NCBI GenBank assembly: GCA_963845755.1
Contig: CAWJTV010000039.1
Coordinates: forward strand, 320,001 to 384,000
Reading direction: 5' to 3'
DNA from: an uncultured Planctomycetota bacterium
GTDB taxonomy: Bacteria > Planctomycetota > Planctomycetia > Isosphaerales > Isosphaeraceae
Length of the DNA: 64,000 nucleotides
Made by a program: the position numbers and the translations under genes. The notes beneath the pieces were generated by a model, which saw nothing but the letters and a program-made list of their open reading frames with translations, had not been told where the DNA came from and did not search any database. Shown here one piece after another: positions 39,420 through 50,843 of the stretch. Each line of letters starts with the position of its first letter. Position 1 is the stretch's first letter.

Positions 39420-39490
39420 TCTTGCGCACGTCGGTCCGACGACACCGAAGCCGATTGATCCTGTTGCTTCGGTCGATCCGACCGAAGCGA
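39420..39490 (+). repeat. Dispersed repeat, copy 1 (copy 2 at 41401)
   Basis: tcttgcgcacgtcggtccgacgacaccgaagcc...gcttcggtcgatccg shared with 41401-41463. Confidence 0.8.
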
Positions 39491-39676
39491 GCTGCGCCAA
39501 CTCGAAACGTCGTAGCGCTTCGTGGGGAATCGTGGCTCAGTGCCGGACCACGCTTCAGGAGCGCGGGCGACGGCATGTGCGTGCGCTGCGCTCCAACCGC
39601 GGATGGTGATGGACAATGTGATCCACTGCCGAATCGCGGCGGTGGGGGGGGCTGCACCCTCGCCTCAGGTCATCCC

Positions 39677-40412
39677 ATAGAGTCGTCCTCCGTACGGATC
39701 CCTGCCGCATGCGCATCAGGGGATTCCGAATTCCGGATTCGAGATTCCGGATTCCCGGATCATTCCCCTTCGGGAATCCGGAATCGCGAATCGGGAATCC
39801 CGATGGGGTTGCGGCCGAAGGCCGCGTCGAGTCTTCCTCCGTAGGCTCGCCTGCGCGAGCACCTGATTCGTTTCCGGATTCCCGGATCGATTCCCCTTCG
39901 GGAATCCGGAATCGCGAATCGGGAATCCCGATGGGGTTGCGGCCGCAGGCCGCGTCAGAGTCTTCCTCCGTAGGCTCGCTGCGCCATGCGCGCATCAGGG
40001 GATTCCGAATTCCGGATTCGAGATTCTCGATACCGGAATCATTCCCCTTCGGGAATCCGGAATCTCGAATCGGGAATCCCGATGGGGTTGCGGCCGCAGG
40101 CCGCGTTAGAGTCTTCCTCCGTAGGCTCGCTGCGCCGTCGCGCACATCAGGGGATTCCGAATTCCGGATTCGAGATTCTCGATACCGGAATCATTCCCCT
40201 TCGGGAATCCGGAATCGCGAATCGGGAATCCCGATGGGGTTGCGGCCGCAGGCCGCGTCAGAGTCTTCCTCCGTAGGCTCGCTGCGCCATGCCGCACCTC
40301 TGGGGATTCCGAATTCCGGATTCGAGATTCTCGATACCGGAATCATTCCCCTTCGGGAATCCGGAATCGCGAATCGGGAATCCCGATGGGGTTGCGGCCG
40401 AAGGCCGCGTTA
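39677..40412 (+). repeat. Tandem array of five about 150-bp MITE-like units
   Basis: Units start GAGTC(G/T)TCCTCCGTA near 39680, 39829, 39958, 40109 and 40261, and end GGTTGCGGCCG(A/C)AGGCCGCG; joined by TCA/TTA (TC at the first junction). Confidence 0.92.
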
Positions 40413-40513
40413 GGTAAATCCCACTCCCGTGCGCCATCCCGAGTAGCTGCCCGCTGCGCCGACGATGCGTTTCGATTGCGAAGCAGCCACTCGTCGATGG
40501 TCGCAATACTCTC

Positions 40514-41179
40514 CTACACCGAGACGACCTCTGCATGTTCCGGCATGACCTCCTCGACCGCCTCAGCCGGAACGACTTCCTCCTGGGCCGGCGTGATGTG
40601 CTCGACGGCCTCGCTCGGATTGACTTCGTCCATGACCGGCGTGACCTGTTCGACAGCCGCGGTCAGGATGACTTCGTCCATGACCGGCGTGACCTGCTCT
40701 ACCGTTTCGGTCGGACCGGCCTCGTCCGCTACCGGTGCGGCCTTCTCCAGCACCTCAGACTGGATGGTGTCGGCCACAACCGGCGCCACCTCCTCCGCGG
40801 TCTCAGTCGGAACAGCCTCGTTGGCGACTGGCGAGATCTGCTCGACTGCCGCGGCCGGAACGACTTCGTCTTGGATCGGTGTGGCCTGTTCGACGGCCGC
40901 GGCCGGGATGACTTCGTCTTGGATCGGCGCGACCGTTGCGGCGGCCGCGGCCGGGGTGAGCTCGTCTTGGTTCAGCGCGACCTCCTCGATGGGCTCAGTC
41001 GGAATGACTTCATCCTGGATCGGCGCGACCTCTTCGACAGGTTCGGTCGGAGTGAGCTGGTCCTGGACCGGCTCCACGAGCTCTGTTACGGGCGGAGCAT
41101 CGAAAGACTCAACGCCTTCGGCAATGTCCGCGACCTCTTCCGTAGCCTGCGCGATCGGTTCCGTCGACACTTCGTTCAT
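40514..41179 (-). CDS. Highly acidic 20-aa-repeat low-complexity protein
   Basis: About 9 repeats of (V/I)E(E/Q)V(A/T)P(V/I)(Q/M)DEVIP(T/A)EA; GGAG SD; only one Lys and no Arg. Confidence 0.7.
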   Translation of the reverse strand: MNEVSTEPIAQATEEVADIAEGVESFDAPPVTELVEPVQDQLTPTEPVEEVAPIQDEVIPTEPIEEVALNQDELTPAAAAATVAPIQDEVIPAAAVEQATPIQDEVVPAAAVEQISPVANEAVPTETAEEVAPVVADTIQSEVLEKAAPVADEAGPTETVEQVTPVMDEVILTAAVEQVTPVMDEVNPSEAVEHITPAQEEVVPAEAVEEVMPEHAEVVSV

Positions 41180-41400
41180 GGCGATTGACTCCGGGCTGCG
41201 AATTGAAGTGGGAGGTGAAGGAGGAACTACCTTTAATATTACCGATGGAATTGGTTCTTGTATCTACCTTTTTAAAATCTTATCGAAAATTCGATGCAAG
41301 CGATGCCGGTCCGGCGGCTGCAAGGTTGTCGGGAAGCTCACAAAAGGCAGGTCGTGCAAGGTCTGTGCACTCCAGCCGGCCGGGAGTCGCCTTTCTCTCC

Positions 41401-41478
41401 TCTTGCGCACGTCGGTCCGACGACACCGAAGCCAATTGGGCTGAGGTGGCTTCGGTCGATCCGCCAGAAGCGCGCAAG
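41401..41478 (+). repeat. Dispersed repeat, copy 2
   Basis: 33-bp identity to 39420 plus a shared gcttcggtcgatccg; ends tcttgcgc...gcgcaaga are inverted. Confidence 0.75.
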
Positions 41479-42214
41479 ACGACCATCCGACACTTCGGTC
41501 GATCCGACCGACGCGCACAACGTTAATTATGAAGGTAGTCATCCACGTTCGGCCACGCGTGTCTCAGTTGGTCCGAATTCTGACCGGAAGCGGGCCAGAA
41601 CCAGGAGAGCAGGCGGCGGGAATCGCATCCGCGCCCCAATTTTCCCAAGCCGAAGCACAGCAAGGTAGTTACGTCGATACGCCTCCCCCTGTCTGCATAC
41701 GGCCTACACCGATTTGGCCCTGCGCGAGCTTGTCGCCAGGTGGCACGGGCTGACCGCGAATGTCAGGGAAAAGATCATCGAGATGTCGCGGAACAGCGGT
41801 TGACCGGCGCGACCAACTCTCCTGGCACGACCGGCCGGGCCACCGCTCAGATCACGTCAACAGGTCCAGGATCCACGGAGAGCATCACCATCGCCGCCGC
41901 AGAGACGATGACCGCGTCGAACCGAACGCGACGGTGTCGTGGGCCCCAGAGGCGGCGATCGTGGTCCTGTCGCTCACGCTTCCGGCTCGTAGCATTCGCG
42001 CCCGATCTGGTGGAAGACTGTAAGGTTTCGAGCCATTCCGGAATACCCAATCTGGACGGTGGCAGACGCGCACAGGTCTCGCACACGTCAGCAGGGGAAC
42101 CGAGTCTCCGTGCTGTCGACTGTCGTGCGGCTCAGGGTGATCCGTTGCCGCCGCTGCGCACACCGGTGCGCGCTCGCCGGAATTCGAGGCGGTGCCCTCC
42201 GGGAGACTCATTCG

Positions 42215-45200
42215 ATGTTCACTTCACGACGGCCACGCTCTGCCCCTCGCAAACGCCCTCGCCCGCTCTTGGAGACGCTCGAGGACCGCACCCTGCTCTC
42301 CGTTGTCAAATGGACCGGTGCCGACGCGGCCGTCAGCACCAACTGGAGCGACCCCAAGAACTGGAGCTCGGACACGACCCCGGTCGCGGGGGACACGGTC
42401 ATCTTTGGTGACACCGCCCAGAACGATGCCTCGACCGTCGATGCCGCCTACTTGAGTGGCGGCGCCCTCGGCGACCTCCAGATCGACTGGAGTGGCACGA
42501 TTACCATCGACTCCGGCGTGACGCTCGCTGCTCAGAACACCGAGCTCAGCAATGGCACGGTGAACGCAGCCGGCGCCCTCACCGTCACCGGCGGCTTGAC
42601 CTGGTTGAACGGCACGATCAGCGGCACGGGGACCATCAATGCCAACGGCACGCTGGTGCTGGGCGCCGCTGATGGCACGAGTTACGTGGAGGTCTTGAAC
42701 GGCTGCACGCTCAACAACGCCGGCTCGGGCCGTTGGCTCAGTCAAGCCGGCTATTTCGACCAGCAAAACGGCAGCGTCTTCAACAACCTGGCCGGGGCCA
42801 GCCTCACCATCCAGAGTGCTCTTCCCTGGTACAACGACCAGGGCAACAGCACCTTCAACAACGCCGGCAGCGTGACCGAGGCTCTCAGCAGCGGCAAGTC
42901 CACCTTCGACGTGGCGTTTAACAACAGCGGCAGCGTGCTGGTGCAGAGCGGCACGCTGAGTCTCGCAGGCGGGGGCATCGACGGCGACAGCGGCAGCTTC
43001 AGCGTGGCGGCGGGAACGCTGGGGTTCGACGGCGGCACGCCCGCGATCACGACCACGAGCACGGCCAGCATCAGCGGCGCCGGCACCGTGGAGTTCGGAG
43101 ACGGCACCGTCGACATGGCGGGGACGTACAATGTCAGCGGCACGACCCTGGTGGATGGCGGCGCGAATGGCGGCACGGTCACCTTCAGCGGGGCCACGCC
43201 GGCCACGACCCAGAACTTGACGATTACCGGCGGCACGCTCAGCCGCCACGGGTACGGTGAACGTCAGCGGCGCCTTGACCTGGCTGAACGGCACGATCAG
43301 CGGCACGGGGACGCGTCAATGCCAACGGCACGCTGGTGCTGGGCGCCGCTGATGGCAATAGTTACGCGGAGGTCTTGAACGGCGGCACGCTCAACAACGC
43401 CGGCTCGGCGAGCTGGCTCAGTCAAGCCGGCTGTTTCGACCAGCAAAACGCCAGCGTCTTCAACAACCGGGCCGGGGCCAGTCTTCACCATCCAGAGCAC
43501 ACCTACCTGGTACAACGACCAGGGCAACAGCACCTTCAACAACGCCGGCAGCATGACCGAGGCGGTCAGCAGCGGCACGTCAACCCTCGAGGTGGCGTTT
43601 AACAACAGCGGCAGCGTGCTGGTGCAGAGCGGCACGCTGAGTCTCGCAGGCGGGGGCATCGACGGCGCCAGCGGCAGCTTCCGCGTGTCGGCGGGAACGC
43701 TGGGGTTCGACGGCGGCACGCCCGCGATCACGACCACGAGCACGGCCAGCATCAGCGGCGCCGGTACCGTCGAGTTCGGAGACGGCACCGTCGACATGGC
43801 GGGGGCGTACAATGTCAGCGGCACCACCCTGGTGGATGGCGGCGCGAATGGCGGCACGGTCACCTTCAGCGGCGCCACGCCGGCCACCACCCAAAGCTTG
43901 ACGATTACCGGCGGCACGCTCACCGCCACGGGTACGGTGAACGTCAGCGGCGCCTTGACCTGGTTGAACGGCACGATCAGCGGCACGGGGACGCGTCAAT
44001 GCCAACGGCACGCTGGTGCTCGGCGCCGCTGATGGCACGAGTTACGTGGAGGTCTTGAACGGCGGCACGCTCAACAACGCCGGCTCGGGCCGTTGGCTCA
44101 GTCAAGCGGGCTATTTCGACCAGCAAAACGCCAGCGTCTTCAACAACCTGGCCGGGGCCAGCTTCACCATCCAGAGCGACTCTTCCCTGGTACAACGACC
44201 AGGGCAACAGCACCTTCAACAACGCCGGCAGCGTGACCGAGGCGGTCAGCAGCGGCACGACGACTCTTGACGTCGCTTTCAATGATTCGGGCAACTTGCA
44301 GTCCAGTCCGGGACTCTCGCCCTGAGAGCGGCTCGGTCATCGTCAACGGATCGGGACTGCTTTCCTGCGATCCGGGAGCGACCATTACCTTGAGCGGCAA
44401 CCTACTCGGGAACACGCAAGACGCGGACCTGTTCAATCCCCAGGGGACGGTCGTTCTGAGTGGCTCGGGCACGTCCGCAGCTCCCCGAACAACTCGAGGT
44501 CATGAGCGAGGACCTCGGCAATGTGGCCGCCGGTCTTCGTGAACAATTTCGCCTACGGGACCCTGGAACTGGGCAACGGCACCTACGTGCAACTGGTGGA
44601 CCAGGCCCAAAACTCGCCGGGAACCAAGCCCGAAGCCCTCTACGTCGAGAACCTGATCGTCCCCGCGGGATGCACCCTCGATCTCAATGGTTTGGCCGTC
44701 TATGCCCGGGCTTTCGCAAGTCAACGGGACCGTCGTGAACGGCTCGATACACCAGATCCCGCCCGGCGGTTCCCTCGTGCTCGATTCGACTACCCCCGGA
44801 ATCATCAATGGCACTTATCCCACCAATACATGGACCTTCTTTGGCCGGGCCAGAGAAGATGTCAGCGTTGTCGTAAACCCGGGCGATCTCAATATTCCGC
44901 CCGCCCCGTTGCAACCAAACCTCGGCTTTGCCCAGGTCGAGATCGTGGACGCGAGCGGCAACATCCTGGCCTCGGGAACCAGTGCTCAGGCGGGCGCCGA
45001 TGTAAACCTGCTCGGCGTCGCCTTGCCCGCCGATGGAACCTATCGAGTCATCGTTTCCGCTCCATCCGCTGAACCGAGCAGCACGGGAAACTACACGATC
45101 GGCCTTTTCGACGCCACGGCCAGCACGGCCGCCCTGTCGCTCGATCAAACGACTTTATGGGCAGCTCTACACCCCATACCAGGTCAACTTCTGGACGTTC

Positions 45201-48200
45201 TCCGCACTGGCCAACGACCAGGTCAAGTTCCTTCTGCTTGAACGAGTCCAGCTCCGCCATCGAGTTCGACCTGACCGGACCCAACGGGTACACCGCGTTC
45301 ATTGACGCGAATACTAGCTCGGATCTGATCACCTTGCCCACATCCGGAAACTATGTGTTGACGGCGCACAGCGAGCGCCGGCCAGACCGGGGCCTACGCC
45401 TTCGACCTGCAGCCGACATCTCAAACCGGCCTGGTGCTCGGCTCGACGTATCAGGGAACAGTGCAAGGTAGTAACCAGGCCGAGCTGTTTACCGTCACCG
45501 TGCCCAGGCCGGCAGCCAGCTCCTGGTCGATCTGAGCGACGCCTCCAGCGCCGACCAGGACGAGCTGTATCTGAGCCTGGGTACCGCTCCCACGCGCAGC
45601 TCTTACCAGTATCGGGATACAGATCTGGCGTCGGCGAATCAGCAAATCCTGGTACCGTCCGCCGCCGCCGGCACCTGGTACATCCTCCTGTACGCCGCCG
45701 ATGTGCCGGCCCCCAGCCAGTTCGCGCTCGTGGCAACGACCGATTCCATCGTCGTGACCGGTCTCACTCCGGACCATTACGGCACAAACGGCCCCGCGAC
45801 CCTGACGCTGACAGGCGGCGGTTTCGACAGCACGACGACCGTGCAGCTCGTCGGCACGGGCGGGACGACTTACGCTCCCAGCTCGACCTTGCTGGTTTCC
45901 GCCACGCAAATGACCGCATCGTTCGCCGCGGGCGCGGTGCCTCCCGGCCAGTATTCGGTCGAGGTGATGGAGTCTCAAGGGGGCGGTTCGGCGACCTTGC
46001 CCAACAGCTTCACGATGATCCAGGGAGGGCAGGCGGATCTCCAGACCCAGATCATCGTACCCAACCCGGTCGGCCGTCATCTACCGTCGGTCATCTACGT
46101 CGAATACAGCAATACCGGCGATCTGGCCATGCCTGCGCCGGTGCTGGAAGTGACGGCGACAACCTTGAACGGCCTGGAGGGAGCCCTGCTGACGCTCAAT
46201 CCCGCGCTGGCAAACCAGGGGTTTGAAACCGCGACCAATCCAGCGGGTTATGGCCAATCGGTGCAAATCCTGGCCAGCGGTTCGACGCCCGGCATTCTCG
46301 AGCCGGGTGAATCGGAGATGGTGCCGGTCTATGAAGCCGGCTGGCTGTCGTCGCAATGGGCTTCCATCCAACCGTACGTCGATTTCACCCTCACCTCCTA
46401 CACCGCCGACGATACCGCCGCCATCGATTGGAGCTCGCTCGAGGACAGCCTGCAGCCTCCGACGATCTCCGCGGCAGCCTGGAACATCATTTACCCGAAC
46501 CTGACCGCGGAAATCGGCAACACCTGGGGCGACTATGTCTCCAGCCTCGACAACGCCGCCGCTTTCTTCGGTTTTGGGGGGCAGAACGTCCAGGACGTGT
46601 CCCAGCTCTGGCAGTACGAAGTTGCAACAGGCCAGTGACGCAACCGGGGCGCCGGTCGAGTGGACGCAGGATCTGCAGGCGCCGGCCACGGGCCTTGCTC
46701 CCGCCATCGACCGGGCCTTTGTCAACTCGATCAACGGCAGAGAGCAGGTCGGCCCCTTTGGCGCCGGCTGGGTATGGACCAACGGCTTCGGCTTGACGCT
46801 GGCAACGCTGCCGGACGGCGACGTGACCATCACGGGAGACGGCGGTTCCGAAACATTCGAGTATTACTTCTACCACTATGTCTCCACGGCCGGTGACGGC
46901 AGCACCTTGACCGCGAATGACGGCGGCGGCTTTACTCTGCACGAGGCCGGTGGCCAGGTCATCGGGTTTGCCGCCAACGGCACCGAAAGCTACGTGACTG
47001 ACGCCACCGACGACACGGTTACCGCCGGCTATACCAACGGCCTGCTCACAAGCCTGACCGCCCCCTCGGGCGCGAACGTGCAGATCACGTACAATACGGC
47101 CGGCCGAATCATCTCCGTCACCAGCTCCACGGGACAGACCGCGACTTACTCCTATGATCCGACAAATACCTATCTAACCAGCGTCGCCGGCCCGGATGGC
47201 AAATTGTCATACACCTACGTCCCCGCCACCGGCACTCCGAGCGACAATGCCTTGCTGTCCGTGCAGTACCCTGACGGAAAGCAAGATCTTTACACCTATA
47301 ATTCCCAGGGCCAGCTCGCGACCTTCGAGAGCGGCTATACGGTCAGCGGTCAAGTTGCGGACGGGTCTGGCAGCCCGATTGCTGGAGCGACGGTCACGCT
47401 TTACTCGGAAGCTAACGACCAGATTCAATTCAGCGGCACGACTCAGTCTAATGGCAGCTACCAGATTCCAGGCGTGCCCACCGGAACCTATGACCTCGTG
47501 GTGCTCGCCAATGGCTTCCTGGCAGGAATCACCACGGGGATGACGGTCGCCGGCACGACGGCCAACGGTTCGAGCAAGCTGGTGACCAGCACGACGATGG
47601 TGACCGGCACGGTGGTCGATTCCAACGGCAATGTCATCTCCGGTGCAAACGTCACCATTCTCGATAGTGTGGGGCGAACGATCGGCACGGCCGTCGCCGC
47701 TACCGATGGCTCATTCGTCATCACGACCGCATCAGGAAACAACCTGACCTTGCAAATCTTGGTGCCTGGAAGCAATGCACCCAAACGGCAAACCGTCTCG
47801 ATTCCCGTTGGCACCACGGTCCAGCTTGGAAAGATCGACCCTAGTGCTTTGGATTTTCTTCAGGCATACTTATATGAGGAGCCACAGTTGCCTTTGCCAC
47901 CCGTGCCACCCCAAGGGCCGGGATGTTGTGGGGCCGCTGCGCAGCAAGTGCAAGCCATGGACAATGTAGCGAATAGCGCTTGGGACGATTATGAGAGTGC
48001 CTCCAGAGCACTTACCTATGATTACAATGTGAATGAGCCTGTGATATTGCTTCAAGCCGCCCAGGTCGCCGGGGATGTAGCTCAACTGCTCTCGGGTTTT
48101 AGCGCGGAACTGAAATTGTTCGAGATCGCGGCGAGTACAGTGAATACCTTGATTGGTCTCGCTGGCGACCTGGTAGGTCTGATTACGGATCTGTTCGCCG

Positions 48201-50128
48201 ATCCGTCACGCCTAACGGCGATTACGACCATCAATGATATGGTCGCCACGTCAGGCGACATTGTCACGGCAATGCAGGGCGTGGCCGACTCACTGGGGTC
48301 AAAGGTGGTCGCGGGATTGACTGCGCTGATCAGCGCCGGTGTCAACACCTATAATGCAATTCAACAGTTTTCCAACACCGTGGACTCTTTGAATACGTTT
48401 TATCTTACGGCAACTCACGATTATCAAAGATACGAGTCCTATGTGGCTGCGGCCGACGCACTTTATCAGGCGTACCTGGATTGCGAAGCAGCGAACACAA
48501 CGGGAGATTGCCAGCCTCCGCCGCCCCCGCCTCCGCCGCCGCCAGCGCCTCCTCCCGGCCCGGGGGGCGGCAATCCGGGCGGCAGTGGAGATGAGTCCCC
48601 GGTAGGTTCCCAGGACCCCAACGCTCTCATTGGCCCCGTCGGCTATGGACCATCCAGTTTCGTCGCCGACACCGCCACTTTGCCCTACCGGATTGACTTT
48701 GAGAATGCCGAGACGGCCACCGCACCGGCACAGAGCGTCTCCATTACCGACCAGCTCGATCCGAATCTGGACTGGTCGACGTTCCAGCTCACCGGTATCG
48801 GTTTCGGCTTCACCAACGTCGTGATTCCAGGGGATTCCCAGTATTACCAGACCACGGTCTCAACAACGGACGACGGCCAGACATTTAACGTGGACATCAC
48901 CGCCAGCCTGAACCCCGCGACCGGCCTCTTGACCGTGGCGTTCCAATCCATCGACCCGAACACCAATCTGCCGCCGACCAACCCTCTGACCGGCTTCTTG
49001 CCCCCTGAGAACGGCACCGGCATTGGCGACGGCTACGTCAGTTTCTTGATCGATCCCAAGAGCAAGCTGCCCACGGGCGCGCAAATTCGCAACGTGGCCT
49101 TGATCAGCTTCGACGGCGCCCCGACCATTGCCACCGACCAGGTTAACGACGACGACCCGAGCCAGGGTGTAGACCCGACCAAGCAAGTCCTGGTTACCAT
49201 CGACGCGACGGTTCCCACCAGCGCGGTCACGTCGCTGCCGGCGACGACGACCAGTCCGAGCTTCAGCGTCGCCTGGTCCGGCTCCGATGGCGCCGGTTCC
49301 GGGATCGCCGGTTACAACGTCTTCGTCTCCACCGACGGCGGGCCGTTCAACCCGTTCCTGACCGACACGACCGCGACCTCGGCAACCTTCACCGGGGCGT
49401 CCGGCGACACTTACGCGTTTTACAGCGTCGCGACCAGCAACGCCGGTATCGTCCAGCCGACGCCGAGCGTTGCCCAGGCGACGACCACGGTCACACTTCC
49501 GACGCCGACACCAACACCGACGCCGACACCAACCCCAACGCCGACCCCGACGCCAACGTCTACGCCGCCCCCGGTGATCGTCACGTCGGTGCACTGGGAA
49601 ATCATCAAGGTCAAGGCCGGCAACGGTAAGAAAGCCAGGACGAAGTCCGAAACGGCGCTCGAGATCGAGTTCAGCGGGCTCGTCACGGGCAGCGGCGATC
49701 TGGCGGCCTATCAGCTCTCGAGCGTCACAACGAAGAAGGTCAAGAAGAAGGCCGTCGCGACCGACAAGCCGATCCGGCTGACTTCGGCCCTGCCGGCTTC
49801 GAACCCCATGACCTCGTCGGTTTCGCTCGTGCCCGCGGCCAAGCCGAAGCTCGGGCAGACGGATCGGCTCGAAATCGTCGCGGCCGATCTGACCGATGCC
49901 TTGGGGCGTGCCTTGGACGGCAATGACGATGGCTCGCCGGGCGGCGACTTCGTGGCGACGTTCGGCGGAAGTGGTGTGAGCAGCGACGTGGTGGAGCTGG
50001 CTCGCGCCGAGGCGAGGCGACCGGCGAAAACAGACGTCATCGATAGGTTGCTCGCGGCCGGTGAGTTGAGCATCGCGAGACGCGCCGTTCATCCGGGGTT
50101 TGATTTGTCTCGTCGTTTCCGGCGATGA
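42215..50128 (+). CDS. Giant secreted multidomain protein: planctomycete extracellular motif, beta-helix repeats, PPC/IPT-like domains, YD repeats, carboxypeptidase-regulatory-like domains, DPN domain, Fn3-like domain (many frameshifts)
   Basis: LLETLEDRTLLS; NWSDPKNWS; Gly/Thr/Asn-rich repeats; YNTAGRIISVT, YTYNSQGQL; SGQVADGSGSPIAGATV; GSQDPNALIGP...YRIDFEN; PTPT linker; LDGNDDGSPGGDF. Confidence 0.8.
42596..44280 (+). repeat. Intragenic about 680-bp tandem repeat (about 2.5 copies)
   Basis: ttgacctgg(t/c)tgaacggcacgatcagcggcacgggg recurs at 42596, 43275 and 43955 with near-identical intervening sequence. Confidence 0.9.
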
Positions 50129-50168
50129 TGGTGCTGGGTTTGAGCGAAGGAGGGCGGATCGATAAGTG

Positions 50169-50843
50169 ATGATACCCGAGCGAACCCAGAACCAGTCCGC
50201 GGCCGCCGGAGCGGCCACTTCCGAGGCGGAAGTGGAGGCGCTCCTGGTCCGTGCCGGGCAAGGCGACGCTGCGGCGCGCGACGAGCTGCTCGCCCGCCAC
50301 CGGGCGCGGCTGTGGCGGATGATCGCGGTGCGACTCGACCGCCGCATGGCAGCGCGGGTCGACGCATCCGACATCGTGCAGGATGCCCTCACCGAGGCCG
50401 CCGGACGCTTGAGTGATTACGTCAGCAGCCGGCCCTTGCCGTTCTATCCCTGGCTCCGGCACATTGCCTGGCAGCATTTGAGCAAGTGCCAGAGGCGGCA
50501 CATCAGTACGCGGCGTCGCAGCGTGGCGCGCGAGCAGCGCGCAGGAGCCGATTCGACCGAGGCATCGAGTACGCAACTGGCGGAGCTTCTGGTCGCCGAC
50601 GACACCAGCCCCAGCGGCCGCGCCATCCGCGGCGAAGAGCGCCAGCGGGTCCAGGCGGCGCTGGCGCTCCTGCCGCCTCGCGACCACGAGGTCCTCGTGC
50701 TCCGCCATCTCGAGCAGCTCTCGCCCGGCGAGATTGCCGCCGTCCTCGGTCTGTCGGTCGGGGCTGTCATGACGCGGCACACCCGCGCGCTCGAGCGCCT
50801 GCGCGGCTTGCTGGAGCTGGGCCAAGCGGAGGAACGACCATGA
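50169..50843 (+). CDS. ECF RNA polymerase sigma factor (kinase-associated planctomycete type)
   Basis: RLDRRMAARVDASDIVQDA, PWLRHIA, DTSPSG, EVLVLRHLEQLSPGEIAAVLG; ATGA overlap with the kinase gene. Confidence 0.92.
   Translation: MIPERTQNQSAAAGAATSEAEVEALLVRAGQGDAAARDELLARHRARLWRMIAVRLDRRMAARVDASDIVQDALTEAAGRLSDYVSSRPLPFYPWLRHIAWQHLSKCQRRHISTRRRSVAREQRAGADSTEASSTQLAELLVADDTSPSGRAIRGEERQRVQAALALLPPRDHEVLVLRHLEQLSPGEIAAVLGLSVGAVMTRHTRALERLRGLLELGQAEERP

Noticed and set aside
39677..40412. CRISPR array
   Set aside because: Units are about 150 bp and near-identical throughout with no unique spacers; solo copies occur elsewhere; no cas genes in the window.
39555..40536. ORFs with GIRNRESGI / FRIPDS repeats (also at 35002-35936)
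   Set aside because: They are translations of the non-coding heptamer repeat element in several frames.
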